Position numbers and translations under genes: made by a program. A stretch of 63,192 bases of DNA, filler included, from Folioceros fuciformis (Eukaryota): assembly GCA_049999805.1 (NCBI GenBank). It is 9 parts of 9 records of this genome, joined end to end, with 100 filler letters (N's around TTAATTAATTAA, not from the genome) between each part and the next. Parts side by side here need not be neighbours in the genome. Positions count along the whole stretch, not along the records: positions 60,668 to 63,192 come from JBNGIO010005174.1; 8 more parts are not named here. The stretch is one strand, 5' to 3'. Within the stretch, counting starts at the first letter, position 1, and each line of letters opens with the position of its first letter. The notes beneath the pieces are model-generated. The model was given only the letters and a program-made list of their open reading frames with translations, did no database searches and was not told where the DNA came from. Shown piece after piece: positions 60,668 to 63,192 of the stretch.

Positions 60668-63192
60668 GTCAATATATGAAGGTGGTAGTTGAACCTGACT
60701 GGATGGTGGAGTAGAAGAATGAGGCACTCTAGTCTGCTGCTGTGCACTAGCCTGAGACGTAGATGAGGACCTAGTTTCCATGGTGATGTCATGAGACTCT
60801 TCAGATTGACTCAAGGTGGAATCCAGGTGAGGTGCAGTAGCTGGAGATGGGTGCAACAGTAGTTGCTCATTAAAGACTACACTCCTAGCATGTGTGATGG
60901 TTCTAGACACGGGATCAAACAACTTGTAGCCTTTGACTCCTTCTATGTAACCAACAAAGACATACTTACGTGATTTGTAATCTAACTTTCTGCGTTGTTT
61001 CTCTGCAAGATGAGCATATGCAGGTGACCCAAAGATTCGAAGATGGTTGATCCTTGGCCTATGATTAGTCCATCTCTGAAATGGGGTGGCACCCTCAAAA
61101 GCCTTCGTAGGTAGCCTGTTTCTGATGTACGCAGCTGTTGCAACTGCCTCACCCCAGTAACCTCTTGATAATCCAGCAAGCTGAAGCATAGACTTGGCGG
61201 CTTCATGAAGGTGTTTGTTATTCAACTCAGCAAGAGGATTTTGAGAAGATGTGTAAGGTATAGTGTACTGTCTGCTTATCCCCAGCTCCTTGCAATATTC
61301 CTCAAAAGTATTTGAACAGAATTCTCCTCCGCCATCACTGCGAAGGCACTTAACTAATTCGCTTGTTTGCCTTTGGGCATAGGGGACATATTCCTGGAAG
61401 TAGCCCAAGGCTTGGCTTTTGTGCTTAATCAAATACACTACCACATATCGGCTTCAGTCATCAATAAATGAAAGTATGTAAAGTGCACCTCCAAAGGTAG
61501 TTGTGGACATGGGGCCGCATAGGTCGGTATGTATAAGTTCAAGTAACTTGGTTGCTCATGTTGGATCTTTGTCAGTATAGGGAAGCCGCCAGATTGTTAC
61601 TGGCCACCATGGATTTCAGTTTGTCGAAATTGACATGTGCCAGGCAGCAATGCCATAACGTGGCCTGCTGCTGTTGCTTTGAGGCTGGCATGTGCTCTTA
61701 CAGGACGTGTGCCAAACTTGGATGTGAAGTTGACCTTATACAAGTCATGCAGCGGAGTACCAACTGCAACTACTTTGCCACTCAACCGTGGATCAGTAAT
61801 GTGACATTCATCTCCGCTGAAGGACACATCAAGGTGATGTTGAGCTGTGAACCTACGTATAGACACTAGGTTCTTTGCCATGTTAGGCACATGTAGTACA
61901 TCACATAAGTGTATAGTGGTCTTATCTGCAAGAACAACTGGGACAGTGCCAACTCCTTCTATGGGGAGACCTCTATCGTCCCCCAGCTTAGCTGACTGTC
62001 CGGGTTGCACTAGTCTGTAATTGTCAAATGAGTCTCGTGTGTGACAAATATGTGCAGAAGCTTCGGAGTCTAAGAACCAAATGTGCTTTTCTGATGCAGA
62101 AGACACAAGGCAGACTGCAAGTATGGTGTTGGTTTTCCGAAGTACCACATTGGTTTCAGGAGGTGCAGTCCTCCTGGGCTCGTTAGCCTTCTTCTTTCTA
62201 CACTCGGCCTCCCAATGGCCAGGAATCAAACACCAATTGTAGGGGCCCTTCTTCTTATTGGTGGACAAAGCTGGTTTCTTTTTAAAACTAGTGTTGCCAC
62301 TGCTGCTACTTGCAGGCCAAGCTTGACGTGGAGGTTGCCTCCGAGGGCCTTTAGTATAAAGCTCCCTGTTGATAGGGTCTCCTTTGTGAGAGGAACCACC
62401 CTTGCTTGTATGCCTTGTAGACTCTTCTTCAAGAAGAGCACCAATGAGGTCAGAAAGTGTGACAGGAGGAGTCTGGCTTGCTGGTGTGGCCAGTCCTATT
62501 TGGCACAAAGAGGAGCTATGGTTGCTGACGAAAGTTCGATAGCTTTCAGGGAGTGATAGCAGCAGAGCCACAGCAGCTTGCATCTCGGATGTGGTGGTGC
62601 CACTTGAGGTAAGCTTTGATCTTAGCTGTCTGAATTTAATGATATGCTGCTCTACTGAATCACCTTCTCGTATTTTACAGTTATAGAAGTCTTTGGTTGC
62701 ACAGACCAATGACGTTCCATTTATAACTTGATATACTTGGGAGAGGGAGTCCCAGACGGCCTTTGTCGATTCTGCATCTCTTGTGTGGCGCATCATTGTC
62801 CCATCAAGTGCCGACTGGATAACTCTGAGTGCTCGTAAGTCCTTTTTAATCCATGCTGCAATGTCAGCAAGTGCTGAACCTTGTGCTGGCTTTACAGAGG
62901 TTCCGTCAACAACATCCCATAGATCATGTTCCTTCAAGATGGTGTGGACCCTTAAAGACCATATGTCAAACTGTGAACCATTAAACCTATCCTTTTCTTT
63001 GAAGTCTATTTTAATGTTATTCAATGTTTTAATGTTTTAAGTTGTGTTGTTGGTGACATTTTGGGATTAGCCATTGTAGTGAATGTTCTAATTAGTTGTG
63101 CTGCTAGTGCTGCACTAGCAGCTTGAGTCACCTGTTCTGCTTGTGTTTGCTGAGGTGTATAAGTCGCCTGTGCTACATGAGCTAACTGTGCT
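60668..63192 (-). mobile_element. Copia J: leader, gag, PR, IN (partial)
   Basis: ORFs 63024-61597 and 61444-60668. FKEKDRFNGSQFDIW, WFLDSEASAH, CLRSDGGGEF, RINHLRIFGSPAY. An 8-bp duplication TTAAAACA frameshifts the gag start near 63030. Confidence 0.92.

Overview
Eukaryotic, plant-type genomic scaffold made of nine contigs joined by eight artificial 100-bp spacers (44 N + TTAATTAATTAA + 44 N), so adjacency across spacers is unproven. The left ~5 kb carries two minus-strand genes with short (~85-125 bp) introns: a coiled-coil PIBF1/CEP90-like centriolar protein that runs off the window, and an RCC1-repeat (RUG1/UVR8-like) protein. The centriole gene and the compact introns suggest a seed-free land plant such as a hornwort or lycophyte (inference). 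The rest is a dense, partly nested retroelement graveyard. It holds about eleven Ty1/Copia copies or fragments with tRNA-iMet primer-binding sites (PBS) and short ~150-240 bp LTRs, Gypsy-like gag, LTR and accessory-ORF remnants, and broken host genes (UNC-93-like MFS, COMT-like O-methyltransferase, possible germin and PLS-PPR fragments). The most unusual items are: (i) a tandem array of 36-bp units, each an 18-nt LTR end plus an 18-nt PBS side; (ii) extra ORFs in Copia elements, namely a coiled-coil ORF between PBS and gag in two diverged copies that share a KLLxLxKPV motif, and antisense ORFs next to 3' LTRs; (iii) an intron-containing DDE transposase remnant of the HNQRIERLW (IS3EU-like) type. 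No complete novel enzymatic system is evident. All family calls come from motif recognition by eye, not database searches.
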